A stretch of 64,000 nucleotides of DNA from a virus. Under the pieces are notes generated by a model, which was not told the origin of the DNA, ran no database searches, and was given only the letters and a program-made list of their open reading frames with translations. This document shows positions 40,020-50,083 of this stretch, in pieces (position 1 is the stretch's first letter; each line of letters begins with the position of its first letter). The position numbers and the translations under genes are program-made. The stretch is taken from positions 32,001 to 96,000 of the IMG/VR virus record IMGVR_UViG_3300028800_000005, one strand, 5' to 3'.

Positions 40020-41116
40020 ATGATGATGAATCAGCAGCCAGTAGGGAACGGCGGGTTCTCTCCCCAGCAGCCACCGCCATTCCAAAGTCGTGGGCAGGCA
40101 TTTGGCGAAGGAATGGTCGGCGGGCAGTTGTCCGCACCCCCGTCGATGCTTGAGCAGGCCGCGAAGTTTAATGCGCAGGTCCCCCAGACCTACCGACCCA
40201 GCGGTTCCATGAACGGCATGAGCGCCAACCAGTACCAGAATACCCTGGGCGGTCAGTTCCAGAACCCTAACGGTATTTCGCAGGACTACTACCAGACCAA
40301 GCGCTACTTCCCCCAGGGACAGTAATGAGCACTAAGCGGTTCAGTAACCCAGACGGCACGGACTCCCCGGAAACTGGCCATTGGACGATCCAGGAGACCG
40401 CCGCTAACCCCGGGCACGTTGCCGGTGGCGAGGTCTTCCGAACGTACGCGCCGGACCACACGAACACCCCGGCTAACGTCCGGACGTGGACCGTCCAGAG
40501 CAGCATGACCGGGTCAGACCAGAACCTTACCGAGCACACCGGAGCCGTCTCATGAGTTCAGACCCAGTAAAGACTGACTTCCCGGCGATGGGCCTTAACG
40601 GCATCCCGGAGTCGGTCATTAACATGTCCGGCAACCGTTCGCCGTACACCACGCCGCGCCCGAACTCGGGACCGTCTGGTGACTCCATCGACGGCGCTAC
40701 CGGTGGCCCGGCCAAGCACAGCCTGGTGAACGCCGAGGTTCTCGGCCCGGTCTGCGCCCCGCAGACCACGCTGTTCTACCCGAACGCGGCCGACCACGAG
40801 AAGACCGGCCGGAACGTGAAGCTCCTGCCGCCCCGCTCGGGTGCCTCGGACTTCTGGGACAACCGCGCGCAGGGCCCGTACGTCGGCTAACATGCCTCAG
40901 GATAACCAGCAGCAGAATGTCGGAGCGTCGCGGAATGAGAACTTCTACGACGCCTCCGATTCTGCGCGTTCTGGGTTCCTTAACGCCGGGCGAACGCCTA
41001 GCTGGGGACCGCAGACGGCAGGGAACCCGCACGACGGCGGGTACAATCCCTGGCACAGCACCCGCGAGGACATTCCCGACGAGACACCGGACAGCCCCTC
41101 TTCCGACCAGTGGTGA
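40020..41116 (+). CDS. Four small G/P/Q/N-rich proteins (40020-40325, 40325-40555, 40552-40890, 40892-41116); candidate virion-internal proteins
   Basis: Coupled, low-complexity hydrophilic ORFs. Confidence 0.6.
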
Positions 41117-41120
41117 TCAC

Positions 41121-41819
41121 ATGACTGACGAGCGTGGCAAGTGGCCAAACACGCCCGGTGGACGGCGCAGGCAGCGCATCCAGGACGTCCGGGAACAGAT
41201 GCCGCCTGTCTACAACAAGAATGGCGAAGAGAGCTTCGGACGTAGCCGCAGGCGCTTTGAGGGTGCTGTCGCGCGTTCGTCCATGCCTGCCGGTGACCTT
41301 TCGGCCGTCAATGAGGTTCACCTGACGAGGGCTAACCAGTCAGCCCTGGCGCAGTACGATATAAATAGCCGGGACATAGAGATCCCGACACCTAAGGGAC
41401 AGAGCCTGAAGCGGGACACGGCCGAGGACAAGACACTGCTCGCGCATTCTATTGTCCATGAGACCGGGCACGCTATCGACCGGAACCTTAACCCGGAGCA
41501 GTTCTTCCCGATTAAGGACAAGGCTCGATCGGGCCGCCGTGAGGCGGTCGCGGAGAACTACGCGGACAAGCACACACGTGGTTACGGTGGTGAGCCCGGC
41601 GGGAGTTACTCCACCTACGATGCCGCAGTGCAGGCCCACCTGAACAACAAGAGCAGGGGCGGGTACGCACCCATTAAAAAGGACTTCGGGGCGAAGGGCG
41701 TGGAAACGTACCAGGGATTCCGTAAGCTCGGCATGACTCCGTCTGACTCGGCACCGCCAGAGCATGAGGTAAACCAGAAGCTGTCCCAGACGTGGGCACC
41801 GAATAGTAAGTTCGTCTGA
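41121..41819 (+). CDS. HExxH zincin-like metallopeptidase
   Basis: AQY..IEI..HSIVHETGHAID..EAVAE; likely start MTDERGKW. Confidence 0.7.
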   Translation: MTDERGKWPNTPGGRRRQRIQDVREQMPPVYNKNGEESFGRSRRRFEGAVARSSMPAGDLSAVNEVHLTRANQSALAQYDINSRDIEIPTPKGQSLKRDTAEDKTLLAHSIVHETGHAIDRNLNPEQFFPIKDKARSGRREAVAENYADKHTRGYGGEPGGSYSTYDAAVQAHLNNKSRGGYAPIKKDFGAKGVETYQGFRKLGMTPSDSAPPEHEVNQKLSQTWAPNSKFV

Positions 41820-42394
41820 TGGACAGCACCGCTAACTCAAACTGGAGTGTCCAGGCGCAACCTTGGAACGGCAGCGCCGGTAAGATGCTCGGCGGTGGCG
41901 GGGACCCGTCGATGGTAAACCTCGGTACGGGCGCGGCCCGGCTGGACAAGATCCGCATGGGTGCGGGCCAGCTACCGGACGCGCAGTACCCCGACGGCTA
42001 CCTCGGGAACTACCGGAGCAAGAACGAGGGCAAGCTCCAGCAGCGGATGGACGACCGGAGCTACCAGCGAGGCGTCCACAAGTTCGTCAAGATGACCCCT
42101 GACGAGTACCGCTGGCCCTCAGACTTCGGCCCTGACTCGGGCCTGGTGAACCAGGCCAGGACCGCACGGGCTACGGGTGACGGCACGATCCAGACGCGGC
42201 GGTTTGGTTCGACAGGAGACCCTGCCGAGAGGTATCGTGGATACATGCAGGGTGGCCCGATGGTCACCGACCGTGAGATGTCTGAGCTGTACCGGCGCTA
42301 CGGCATCAACGCCGTCACCGGTCAGGGCACGGACCCGGTCGACCCGGCACGCAGGGCCGTAATCTCCAAGATGGCACCCGGACTGAGCTGGTAG
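41819..42394 (+). CDS. Gly-rich hypothetical protein
   Basis: QYPDGYLG..RSYQRGVHK; coupled to the upstream ORF. Confidence 0.65.
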   Translation: MDSTANSNWSVQAQPWNGSAGKMLGGGGDPSMVNLGTGAARLDKIRMGAGQLPDAQYPDGYLGNYRSKNEGKLQQRMDDRSYQRGVHKFVKMTPDEYRWPSDFGPDSGLVNQARTARATGDGTIQTRRFGSTGDPAERYRGYMQGGPMVTDREMSELYRRYGINAVTGQGTDPVDPARRAVISKMAPGLSW

Positions 42395-42402
42395 GGGGAG
42401 AC

Positions 42403-42660
42403 ATGAGCGCAACCGAGAACTTGAACGGAGAGCAGTTCTCTGACTGGGCCCGTAGCGCCCTGGACCCTCAGGGACCTCTGCGCCAGGGACTTCAGGAAGA
42501 GTACGCCCAGCGGGGGCCCCGCATGGAGCGCAAGGTCGCGGGACAGCGCGTGGATAACTACTGCACCGGATGCGGCGTCCACCAGCCCGTGAACCCGGGA
42601 ACCTTCAAGTGCCCGACCTGCACCGACAAGGCATACGACCGCATGTCTGCGAGGATCTGA
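42403..42660 (+). CDS. Zinc-ribbon protein with MSATENLNGEQF leader
   Basis: GGGGAG RBS; CTGC..CPTC. Confidence 0.7.
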   Translation: MSATENLNGEQFSDWARSALDPQGPLRQGLQEEYAQRGPRMERKVAGQRVDNYCTGCGVHQPVNPGTFKCPTCTDKAYDRMSARI

Positions 42661-42962
42661 TGCCCTGGCGACTCCCTGACAGTTTCATCGATGACACGCA
42701 CACCTGGAATAACCACAATGACCAGGTGATGTTCGAGCGTGCATTTGAGACTGAGCCCGGGGAGGAGCAGAAGATGGCATTGTCACTTCTTTGCGCGAAC
42801 CCTGGTACCTCCGAGAAGTTCATCCGGAACACGCTGCAGAACCCGAGCATGACTGATCGTACCGCTCCGTCCTTCCCGCCGCCTACAATTGAAGAAGTAT
42901 TCGCACGCAGTCAGGCCCCCACCGGGGACAATGACATGGCCCGTCAGGCAGGGGCGCATTAA
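42660..42962 (+). CDS. Hypothetical protein
   Basis: MPWRLPDSF..; TGATG/TAATG coupling. Confidence 0.6.
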   Translation: MPWRLPDSFIDDTHTWNNHNDQVMFERAFETEPGEEQKMALSLLCANPGTSEKFIRNTLQNPSMTDRTAPSFPPPTIEEVFARSQAPTGDNDMARQAGAH

Positions 42963-43915
42963 TGCCAAAGAAGCAGCCCGCACCGCAAGATAACCCGAAT
43001 TTCGCGACTCACGTCCAGAACGTCGTGAACTCGGTCAAGTCGGCTACGCCCGCAGAGACCGAGGCCGGGCTGAAGTGGTACCCGGAAGCGCACGCCCAGA
43101 CTCTTGACGTCGCGAAGCGCAATCCCGGGCCGATTGAGGACTACGAGTCCGCCGGGACAATGGACAAGCACGGGGTCGGCGGGAACAACGTCGGTTCAGT
43201 TCACCCGGCCATGGCCCGCGCGGCTGGCGAGGTCGCGGCATTGTCTCCCGCGCGCCCGGCGGGAATGCGATGGGAGCATAACGTCCCGGCAGCCGCTCAG
43301 CTAAAGGACGTCACGCCGGAGCAGCGCGGTTCGATTAATGACGCCCGGTCGATGGCTAAGCGCCAGTCACAGGCAATGGGCGCGCTAAAGTCTGCGAAGA
43401 ACCGTGGCGCTGGCGTTGACGAGGCCCAGGGTAACCTGGACAGGGCCTCCGAGGCGTTCAAGGTCCGCTCCGCGCAGGCGCGTGCCCCGTTCAAGGACAC
43501 GCCACTGGGTCACGCCGGAGTTCACGCGATCGGAAAGGCCCTGGACATCCAGGCTGGTGACGTCCACCCGTACGAGGCGCTCGGTACCGTCAAGGAACGT
43601 CACTTCGCCCATGATCTTTCCCGGCCGCATGACGCGGAAAAGGTTTTCCACGGCGCTAGCGGGACGATTGACGAGCACATGAAGAACGTCATGGAGGGCC
43701 CGGAAGTCAGCCACGGGTGGAAAGAGAGTGCGGCGGCCCTTAGCGTGCCCCGAACTGCCCCCGACCCCGGCACCCAGGGCGGGTACGTGTACGGCAGGTC
43801 CGTCCTGCATGAGGCTGCCCGGCAACTGCGCATGCGACCTAATGCGGCCCAGCCTGTATCCTGGGTACATGAGAAGGCAACAAAGCCACGCACCGGTAAC
43901 CGGGGCACTAAGTAG
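42962..43915 (+). CDS. Phage protein of the G..WY/AALSP/WxxN/TID.H/Q..W family (possibly HhH-GPD-like)
   Basis: GLKWY, AAGEVAALSP, WEHN, KERHF, TIDEH, P.AAQPVSW. Confidence 0.55.
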   Translation: MPKKQPAPQDNPNFATHVQNVVNSVKSATPAETEAGLKWYPEAHAQTLDVAKRNPGPIEDYESAGTMDKHGVGGNNVGSVHPAMARAAGEVAALSPARPAGMRWEHNVPAAAQLKDVTPEQRGSINDARSMAKRQSQAMGALKSAKNRGAGVDEAQGNLDRASEAFKVRSAQARAPFKDTPLGHAGVHAIGKALDIQAGDVHPYEALGTVKERHFAHDLSRPHDAEKVFHGASGTIDEHMKNVMEGPEVSHGWKESAAALSVPRTAPDPGTQGGYVYGRSVLHEAARQLRMRPNAAQPVSWVHEKATKPRTGNRGTK

Positions 43916-43923
43916 GAGTTCAC

Positions 43924-44184
43924 ATGGGACGTCCAGTCAGCAGGAGCTGTAACCGCGAGCTTGCGCAGGGCCTTACCGATGGCTCCTACAAGCAGATCGT
44001 GAAGGACCGTGGCGGCATAGTCGAGTCGTCGACTTACGAGGCGCGCAAGAACCTCAGCGTGCCGCTTTACGGCATCGTGGAGAAGGAAGAGAAGGAACTC
44101 GGGGACGCGGTCGGCCCGGTTCGCACGCCGTACGTCGTCGACAGCCCGAAGCCCGGACTCCTGGTGACCGACCAGGACCGGTAA
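43924..44184 (+). CDS. Hypothetical protein
   Basis: AGGAG RBS. Confidence 0.6.
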   Translation: MGRPVSRSCNRELAQGLTDGSYKQIVKDRGGIVESSTYEARKNLSVPLYGIVEKEEKELGDAVGPVRTPYVVDSPKPGLLVTDQDR

Positions 44185-44186
44185 TT

Positions 44187-44216
44187 TTGACATCGGAGAA
44201 CTAAACGGACTAGCCT
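44187..44216 (+). promoter_or_regulatory. SigA-like promoter
   Basis: TTGACA-N18-TAGCCT; followed by a 54-aa ORF at 44233-44397. Confidence 0.7.
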
Positions 44217-44393
44217 GAAGTCTAGGCATCGAATGGAGCACCACATGATCATCGGCACGGACGTGCACGGGGACGCAGTAGAACTCCCCGTAGAGCTTAG
44301 GGACGAGGGCATCCTCGACTTCGGCTCCGAGCACGCGCTTTGCTGGCACTGGGCCGATGACTTTGTGCTCCGCATTTCTACTGAGGAGCATGA

Positions 44394-44738
44394 ATGACGA
44401 TCGACCGCAAGGTGCAGTATGGAAGCACGGTCACGGCTGTTACCGGACTGGCTACCTGGCTGCTCACGACATACGCATTCCACGGGTCCATGCCGACTGC
44501 GGTTGCCACCGCGCTCCCTGTCCTGATCGCCTCGGTTATCGGCTGGATTACCTCTTACATGACCAAGCAGGCACCGAAGGACGTCGTCCGCGCGGCGGAC
44601 AAGCTCGAATCGGATGCCACCGTGCACCAGATGTCGCTGGCTCTCCTGGCCACGCACACCCCGAACAAGGTCCAGGCACGCGCTTTCCCAAAGGCATACC
44701 CGCCAGTCGGCCCGCAAGCCCCATTCGGGGGACAGTAA
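44394..44738 (+). CDS. Holin-like 2-TM membrane protein
   Basis: KV..ST.TAVTGLATWLL..MP.AVATAL.VLIA.VIGW.T. Confidence 0.6.
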   Translation: MTIDRKVQYGSTVTAVTGLATWLLTTYAFHGSMPTAVATALPVLIASVIGWITSYMTKQAPKDVVRAADKLESDATVHQMSLALLATHTPNKVQARAFPKAYPPVGPQAPFGGQ

Positions 44739-45301
44739 TGGCTGGTAAGCGGGTCCGGATTCTCGTATGTCCCCGGTGTGAGACGGTAGAACCCATTGAA
44801 TGGTGCGCCACCGCTCCCGGCTCGAATCCTGAGTGCGGGCACGCCCAGTGCGCTGACCTCCTGAACTTCAGGGTAATGCCGCACACTGCCGACCTGGCCG
44901 AAGGCAGGGTCTACCACAGTAACCTGCTGCTGACTGACGTCGCGTCCGACGACTGGAACCGGCTGTCGACGCGAAAGAACATCCTGAAGAACTTCACCGC
45001 CCCGGGTGACGCCACGCCTTACGGCGCGGAACTCTACGCGATCAAGGAGAACTACCAGGAATCCGCTATGCAGTGCTGGAAGCAGCATAACCGCACGACA
45101 GACTGCGGTGAATGGCGGCACTCTTCAAAGCGCCTGGTTGACCAGCGTGAGGAGACAAAGGATCTCCGTCGTGAGCTAAAACTGGAGACGCGCTCGAAGC
45201 ACCGGCCGACCATGACCTACCTCTGTGACTTCTGCCCGATGCGGAGCATCAAGGAGACTAAGGTCGACGCAGAGAAGTACGGATTCCAGAGTCCGTACTG
45301 A
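44738..45301 (+). CDS. Cys/His-rich hypothetical protein
   Basis: CPRC, CWKQHNR..C, YLCDFCP. Confidence 0.7.
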   Translation: MAGKRVRILVCPRCETVEPIEWCATAPGSNPECGHAQCADLLNFRVMPHTADLAEGRVYHSNLLLTDVASDDWNRLSTRKNILKNFTAPGDATPYGAELYAIKENYQESAMQCWKQHNRTTDCGEWRHSSKRLVDQREETKDLRRELKLETRSKHRPTMTYLCDFCPMRSIKETKVDAEKYGFQSPY

Positions 45302-45861
45302 TGATCATTACCTGCGGCATGTGCCCGGCGTCTTTCGAGCGAACTTTTTATCGCCGGAAGTACTGTAGTGATGCGTGCGCAGCAGCGGCCATTCGCAGGA
45401 GAGATCGACTCCGGTACCAAAATCCTCCACGCCGGGCGGATTGTAACGCACGCGCCGCCGCGTGGAAGGGCGCTCACCCAGAGACGACGAAGGCGCATAT
45501 GCACTCAAGGCATTTGCTTCGCCGGTACAACCTATCGGTAGAGCAGTACCTAAAGATGCTTGATGACCAGGGTGGGGTTTGTTACACCTGTCATCGAACC
45601 GAGAACGGAGTGCATTACAAACAACTCTCGGTGGACCACGATCACAACTGCTGCCCCGGATCTAGGTCGTGTGGTAAGTGTATCCGCAAGCTACTGTGTC
45701 ATCAGTGCAATAGCATACTTGGTATGTTGGATGAAGATCCAGTGGTGCTCCAGTGTATTGCGGATCGTCTTGACACATTCTTCGGACTCCCAGGTAGTGT
45801 GTTCACATCAATGGCCAATTATGTTCAAGAATATTCAGTAACCCCTACTAGGAGGAACTAG
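45301..45861 (+). CDS. Endonuclease VII-family (homing-like) endonuclease
   Basis: CxxC..YCS.AC; RRYNLS..Y..ML.DQGG.C.TC..LSVDHDH.CC...SCGKCIR.LLC..CN..LG; lower GC than its flanks. Confidence 0.88.
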   Translation: MIITCGMCPASFERTFYRRKYCSDACAAAAIRRRDRLRYQNPPRRADCNARAAAWKGAHPETTKAHMHSRHLLRRYNLSVEQYLKMLDDQGGVCYTCHRTENGVHYKQLSVDHDHNCCPGSRSCGKCIRKLLCHQCNSILGMLDEDPVVLQCIADRLDTFFGLPGSVFTSMANYVQEYSVTPTRRN

Positions 45862-46892
45862 TGCTGTTTACCGAGATCGCACTGGCGATCGTCGCCGCTG
45901 CATTCCTTTTCATCGACGCCCTGTACATTCGGGAGCGCAAGTGGCGTCGTTACACGGAGTACGTCCTGCGCGAGGAGGCCAAGCATCACAACGACATGAT
46001 GTCGGCCCACCTTGACCTTATCACGCGGTACGAGCGAGTCCAGCACGGGTACGACCAGGGTGTCCTGGAGGGAATGCGGCAGGCGTACGTGAACGTCCGC
46101 GCTACACTGGCCGACGAACTCTTTATCACGGGCGGGACAGACGGGGCGAAGCTCCGTGCGTTCGTCCTTCCCTTGCTGGAGAACCTCGGAACTCACGAGA
46201 CCAAGATCCTGGACGAGATGAAGGGGAACACGAAGGCGCGCGAGGCATTCGAGAAGCACGCGGGGAACACCGAGCCAATCAACATGTTCCCGGGCAATAA
46301 CAAGCCGCAGATAGCACAACCAGTGGAGGATAACTGACATGGACATTCCCGAACTCGGACACTCGGCAGCTCGCGCTCGCCAGGAGTCCCCGAAGGCAAT
46401 TCCCGACGAGGACGACATGAGTCCGCTGTCCCCGCTCCCGGACGTCATTCACGCTGACACGGCGTTCCTCGTCTACAAGACCCCAGACGGTCAGGTTATC
46501 CTGACGGCGGACCTGAACACTCCGGTGTCAGTCCGTCGCGGGCCGCTGAACCACGATATCGTCGGGATGTCACACTGCGTCCTTGAGGACATCCGGCTGA
46601 TGGGTTCCGCCCCGGCAATTGCCCAAACGGTCGTGAACGCGGTTAAGCTGGAGCAGCAGCAGCAGATGGAGCAGATGCAGCAGGCCCAGGTTCTCCAGCA
46701 GATCCAGAAGCAGAAGCAGGGGCACCTGTAATGACCAGTGAAGAGATGCACCTGGATAACGCACTCGCGCGACTGCAAAAGGCGCATGTGTACGACGTCA
46801 GCGCCGAGCTGACCTACGGGCAGGCATACCAGCGGCTAGTCCAAATGGGCCTCCGTCCACAGATCCGACGCAAGTACCGAGGGACTAAGTAA
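45861..46892 (+). CDS. Three hypothetical proteins (45861-46337 with N-terminal TM; 46339-46731 with Gln-rich tail; 46731-46892)
   Basis: RBSs and coupling. Confidence 0.65.
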
Positions 46893-47875
46893 TGATCGAC
46901 CCGCGTTTCTTCGAGAAGGCTGCCTCCGGGCAGCCTGCTCCCTCTACGGAGGGAGGTGCCTCCGGGTACTTCTCCCGGCCAGAGCCGATGCTGGACCCTA
47001 ACCTGTTCGAGAACGGGCGCTTGCGTGAGAAGGTGCGCAATCACCTGCTCGGAACGCTGGTTAACTGGCTAGACGAGACTATGGCTGCCCATGAGATGCA
47101 ATCCTGGCTGCATGTCTGGCTGGCTGGCAGCGGCATCAGTTACCAGTGGGCGGCCAGTCGTGGCAACGGTGACCTTGACGTCCTGTTCGGCGTTAACCTC
47201 GGTAAGTTCCAGGCCGCTAACCATGGCTGGGACTGGTCGGAGGCTGAGACAGCCGCCCAGGTAAACGACGGTATGAAGGAAGGACTCTGGCCGTCGACAG
47301 CACAGACCAGGTTCGGCTTCGGTACCTATGAGGTCACGTACTTCTGGAACCCGGGGACCGGAAGTGACATCAAGAAGATCCACCCGTACGCCGCGTACGA
47401 CCTGGTGAAGGACAAGTGGGCAGTACCCCCTCCGCAGCTCCCAGAGATCCCTGGAGAGCTTTACCCCCAGGACTGGTACATCCAGGCCGGGAAAGACTCC
47501 GAGGCCGCCCTGAGGCTCACACGGGCCTTTAACGAGCATATCCAGAAGTACTCGGACGCAATGCCAGGCTCAATGACCCAGCATAACTCCGGAGCGGCCC
47601 TGAACGGCATCGTCGCGGAGGCGAATAACCTATTCACGGACATGCACACCGGACGCCGTGCCGCCTTCAGCGACCAGGGCCAGGGCTACGGCGACTACGC
47701 TAACTTCCGGTGGCAATTCAATAAGTTGAATGGAGCAGTGCAAGCCCTTTCCCAGATAGCAAACGTTGGTAAGGAAGCGCGGCGGCAACAAGAGACGGAG
47801 CAATGGGGAGCGCCCATCGATGGGGCAGAGATCGCGCTCCGTCGGGCAGTACAACAGTACCGAGGTCGTTTGTGA
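46892..47875 (+). CDS. Pol-beta-superfamily nucleotidyltransferase
   Basis: WLAGSGISYQW...GDLDVLF. Confidence 0.8.
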   Translation: MIDPRFFEKAASGQPAPSTEGGASGYFSRPEPMLDPNLFENGRLREKVRNHLLGTLVNWLDETMAAHEMQSWLHVWLAGSGISYQWAASRGNGDLDVLFGVNLGKFQAANHGWDWSEAETAAQVNDGMKEGLWPSTAQTRFGFGTYEVTYFWNPGTGSDIKKIHPYAAYDLVKDKWAVPPPQLPEIPGELYPQDWYIQAGKDSEAALRLTRAFNEHIQKYSDAMPGSMTQHNSGAALNGIVAEANNLFTDMHTGRRAAFSDQGQGYGDYANFRWQFNKLNGAVQALSQIANVGKEARRQQETEQWGAPIDGAEIALRRAVQQYRGRL

Positions 47876-47894
47876 GTGAAGAGGTCTTGCAGGT

Positions 47895-48356
47895 ATGAGG
47901 AAGACATTCGTCATCCCGGTCGAGGGTGTTATTCGCAAGGTAACAGACGGCCAGCCTATTGTGCAGATGGTAGAGCTTATCAGCTCGTTCGCCGGGGAGA
48001 ACACGTTCATCTACCTGACCGACGAGGCTGCCAATGACACCGCTGACTGGCTGAACCTCCACGGCCTTGGGCACACGCTTGTCCTCGGGCGTGATGCTGA
48101 CCGGCTGATGCAGCTTCGCCGTATTCAGCATGAGTGGGGATATAACGTAGACTTCGTTATCGAGCCCGATCCTGAGGTTGTCGCGAAGCTCGTCGAGCAC
48201 GGTTACCCGGTTCTAGCTTTCTTCCACCCGTACTATTCAAAGCGCGAGTGGAGACCAGATTACAAGTTCGAGGTCACCCCCTGGGACGACATCAAGGAAG
48301 GCATCGTGAAGCAGCAGGCAATGCGCGCGAACGACAGCCGCACACGGAGCGAGTAA
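47895..48356 (+). CDS. HAD-like protein (degenerate motif I)
   Basis: FVIPVEGVI, YLT, WL..HGL, FVIEPDP. Confidence 0.6.
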   Translation: MRKTFVIPVEGVIRKVTDGQPIVQMVELISSFAGENTFIYLTDEAANDTADWLNLHGLGHTLVLGRDADRLMQLRRIQHEWGYNVDFVIEPDPEVVAKLVEHGYPVLAFFHPYYSKREWRPDYKFEVTPWDDIKEGIVKQQAMRANDSRTRSE

Positions 48357-49858
48357 TGTTGCTGTACATGGCAGGTGCCGAGAATAACGAGTGGAGGAAC
48401 TTTCTCTCTGACCTCGGTGTCGAGTACGTCTCGATGTCCTTCGTCGGCCTGTCAAAGCGCGTAAAGGGCACGGCGAAGTGGTCGATTGCCTCGCACTTCG
48501 AGGGGCAGCATGTTCTCCTTGACGCTGGCGGGTACTCATTCAACAAGAAGGACTCCACCGCGACCGAGGAAGAGGCGATGGAGACAGCGAACGCTTACAT
48601 GGCGTTCGTCACCCAGAACATTGACGCGGTCGACCTTGTTACTGAGTTCGACGCGAATATACTCGGCCGTGACTGGCTGCTGGCGATGCGAGAGGATTTC
48701 TATGACGACCTCGGGGACAAGTTTTGCCCAGTATGGCATGAAGACACCAGTACAACGGAACTGGAACGACTCGCGAGCCGCTACGCGCATGTGGGAGTCC
48801 TGGCTTCAGGACTTGACGAGCACCTTGTGCCTATACTCAATGGATTGGTATCGCGTTACGGTGTCAAGTTCCACGGTCTAGGCATCACCGCGACAAAGAC
48901 CTCGTTGTGCCAGGCGGTGAAGTGGGACTCGATCGGCTCCAAGAGCTGGATCTCACCGTCCATCGACGGCGATACTATCATCTGGACCGGGCAGGAGCTG
49001 AAGCGCTACCCGGCTAAGCTTAAGGACCAGGCCAGGCGACGCCACAAGAGCTACCTGGAGCGTCAGGGCTTTGACGCCGACAAGATAGTAGGGGACGACC
49101 GCAAGGAGGTTCTACGGCTCTCTGTGTGGTCCTGGCAGCAGTTCATGGAGTCGCTCGCACATGCCAGGGTGTTCAATCCTTTCGGTGGTGGCCCTATCGG
49201 AGTTACTCCCCAGGGTGATAACGGGGATACTGAAAATGAGGAACGGCATGTAGACGGTGTTGATCACCCTGTGCCTGACCCGGGGAACCGTGGGTTGCTC
49301 CCCGCCGTCGTCGAACGACGTGATCCCGTGCTCCTGCCGGTCATGGGAATCGAGGTAATCACCAATAAGTCCGAGGACGAAGATGGTGAGGATTTCGAGG
49401 AGCGGGTCGTAACCACGCCCGCAAAAGCACCCTTGATGCAGTGCAACACATGCCACATCAGGGACAATTGCCCGAAGGCAAAAGCGAACGCTGAGTGTGC
49501 CTACGAGATACCGATCCAGGTAACCTCGAAGAACCAGATGCGCAGGCTTCAGGACGCGCTGATTGAGATGCAATACCAGCGTGCGGCGCGGATGGTGATG
49601 TTCGAGCAGGCCCTTGGCGGATACTCAGACCAGAATGCATCGGCCGAGATAGACAGGCTTCAGAAGCTGATTAACGCCAAGCGTGAGGCAGAGAAGACAG
49701 GCTTCACCCTCCACATGGAGGCACACGACGACAAGGGCGTTGGCGTCATGAGCCGGGTGTTTGGTCGCGACGCGGGCGACGCTGTCACGGCTCTCCCTGA
49801 GGTTGTCGACGCCACACAGTACATTGAAGCCGAGATCGTAAACGAGACGGAAGAGTAA
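48356..49858 (+). CDS. TGT/DpdA-like TIM-barrel protein fused to a Cys4 zinc finger and helical C-terminal domain
   Basis: LYMAG, VLLDAGGYSF, EFD, PVWH, FHGLG, WDSIGSKSW; CNTC..CP..C; helical region ending GVMSRVFG. Confidence 0.6.
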   Translation: MLLYMAGAENNEWRNFLSDLGVEYVSMSFVGLSKRVKGTAKWSIASHFEGQHVLLDAGGYSFNKKDSTATEEEAMETANAYMAFVTQNIDAVDLVTEFDANILGRDWLLAMREDFYDDLGDKFCPVWHEDTSTTELERLASRYAHVGVLASGLDEHLVPILNGLVSRYGVKFHGLGITATKTSLCQAVKWDSIGSKSWISPSIDGDTIIWTGQELKRYPAKLKDQARRRHKSYLERQGFDADKIVGDDRKEVLRLSVWSWQQFMESLAHARVFNPFGGGPIGVTPQGDNGDTENEERHVDGVDHPVPDPGNRGLLPAVVERRDPVLLPVMGIEVITNKSEDEDGEDFEERVVTTPAKAPLMQCNTCHIRDNCPKAKANAECAYEIPIQVTSKNQMRRLQDALIEMQYQRAARMVMFEQALGGYSDQNASAEIDRLQKLINAKREAEKTGFTLHMEAHDDKGVGVMSRVFGRDAGDAVTALPEVVDATQYIEAEIVNETEE

Positions 49859-49867
49859 CTCCCCAAC

Positions 49868-50026
49868 GTGCGTATTCCTAACAACGGTCCCCTGGAGGGC
49901 GAGACTCAGGTCTGCCCCCGCTGCAAGGGCACCGGGTTCACGGACCAGTATGACGAGGACGTCTGCCTTACGTGTCTGGGGGAGGGCGAGGTCCCTGTGC
50001 TCCAGGTCACACGGAAGACACCCTAG
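49868..50026 (+). CDS. Small DnaJ-type zinc-finger protein (not in ORF track)
   Basis: CPRCKGTG..CLTCLGEG. Confidence 0.6.
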   Translation: MRIPNNGPLEGETQVCPRCKGTGFTDQYDEDVCLTCLGEGEVPVLQVTRKTP

Positions 50027-50031
50027 ATCTG

Positions 50032-50061
50032 TTGCCAGCACCCCCATCGGCCGACTAGACT
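50032..50061 (+). promoter_or_regulatory. SigA-like promoter
   Basis: TTGCCA-N18-TAGACT. Confidence 0.65.
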
Positions 50062-50083
50062 GGAGTTGTCGGAAGGGGACACC

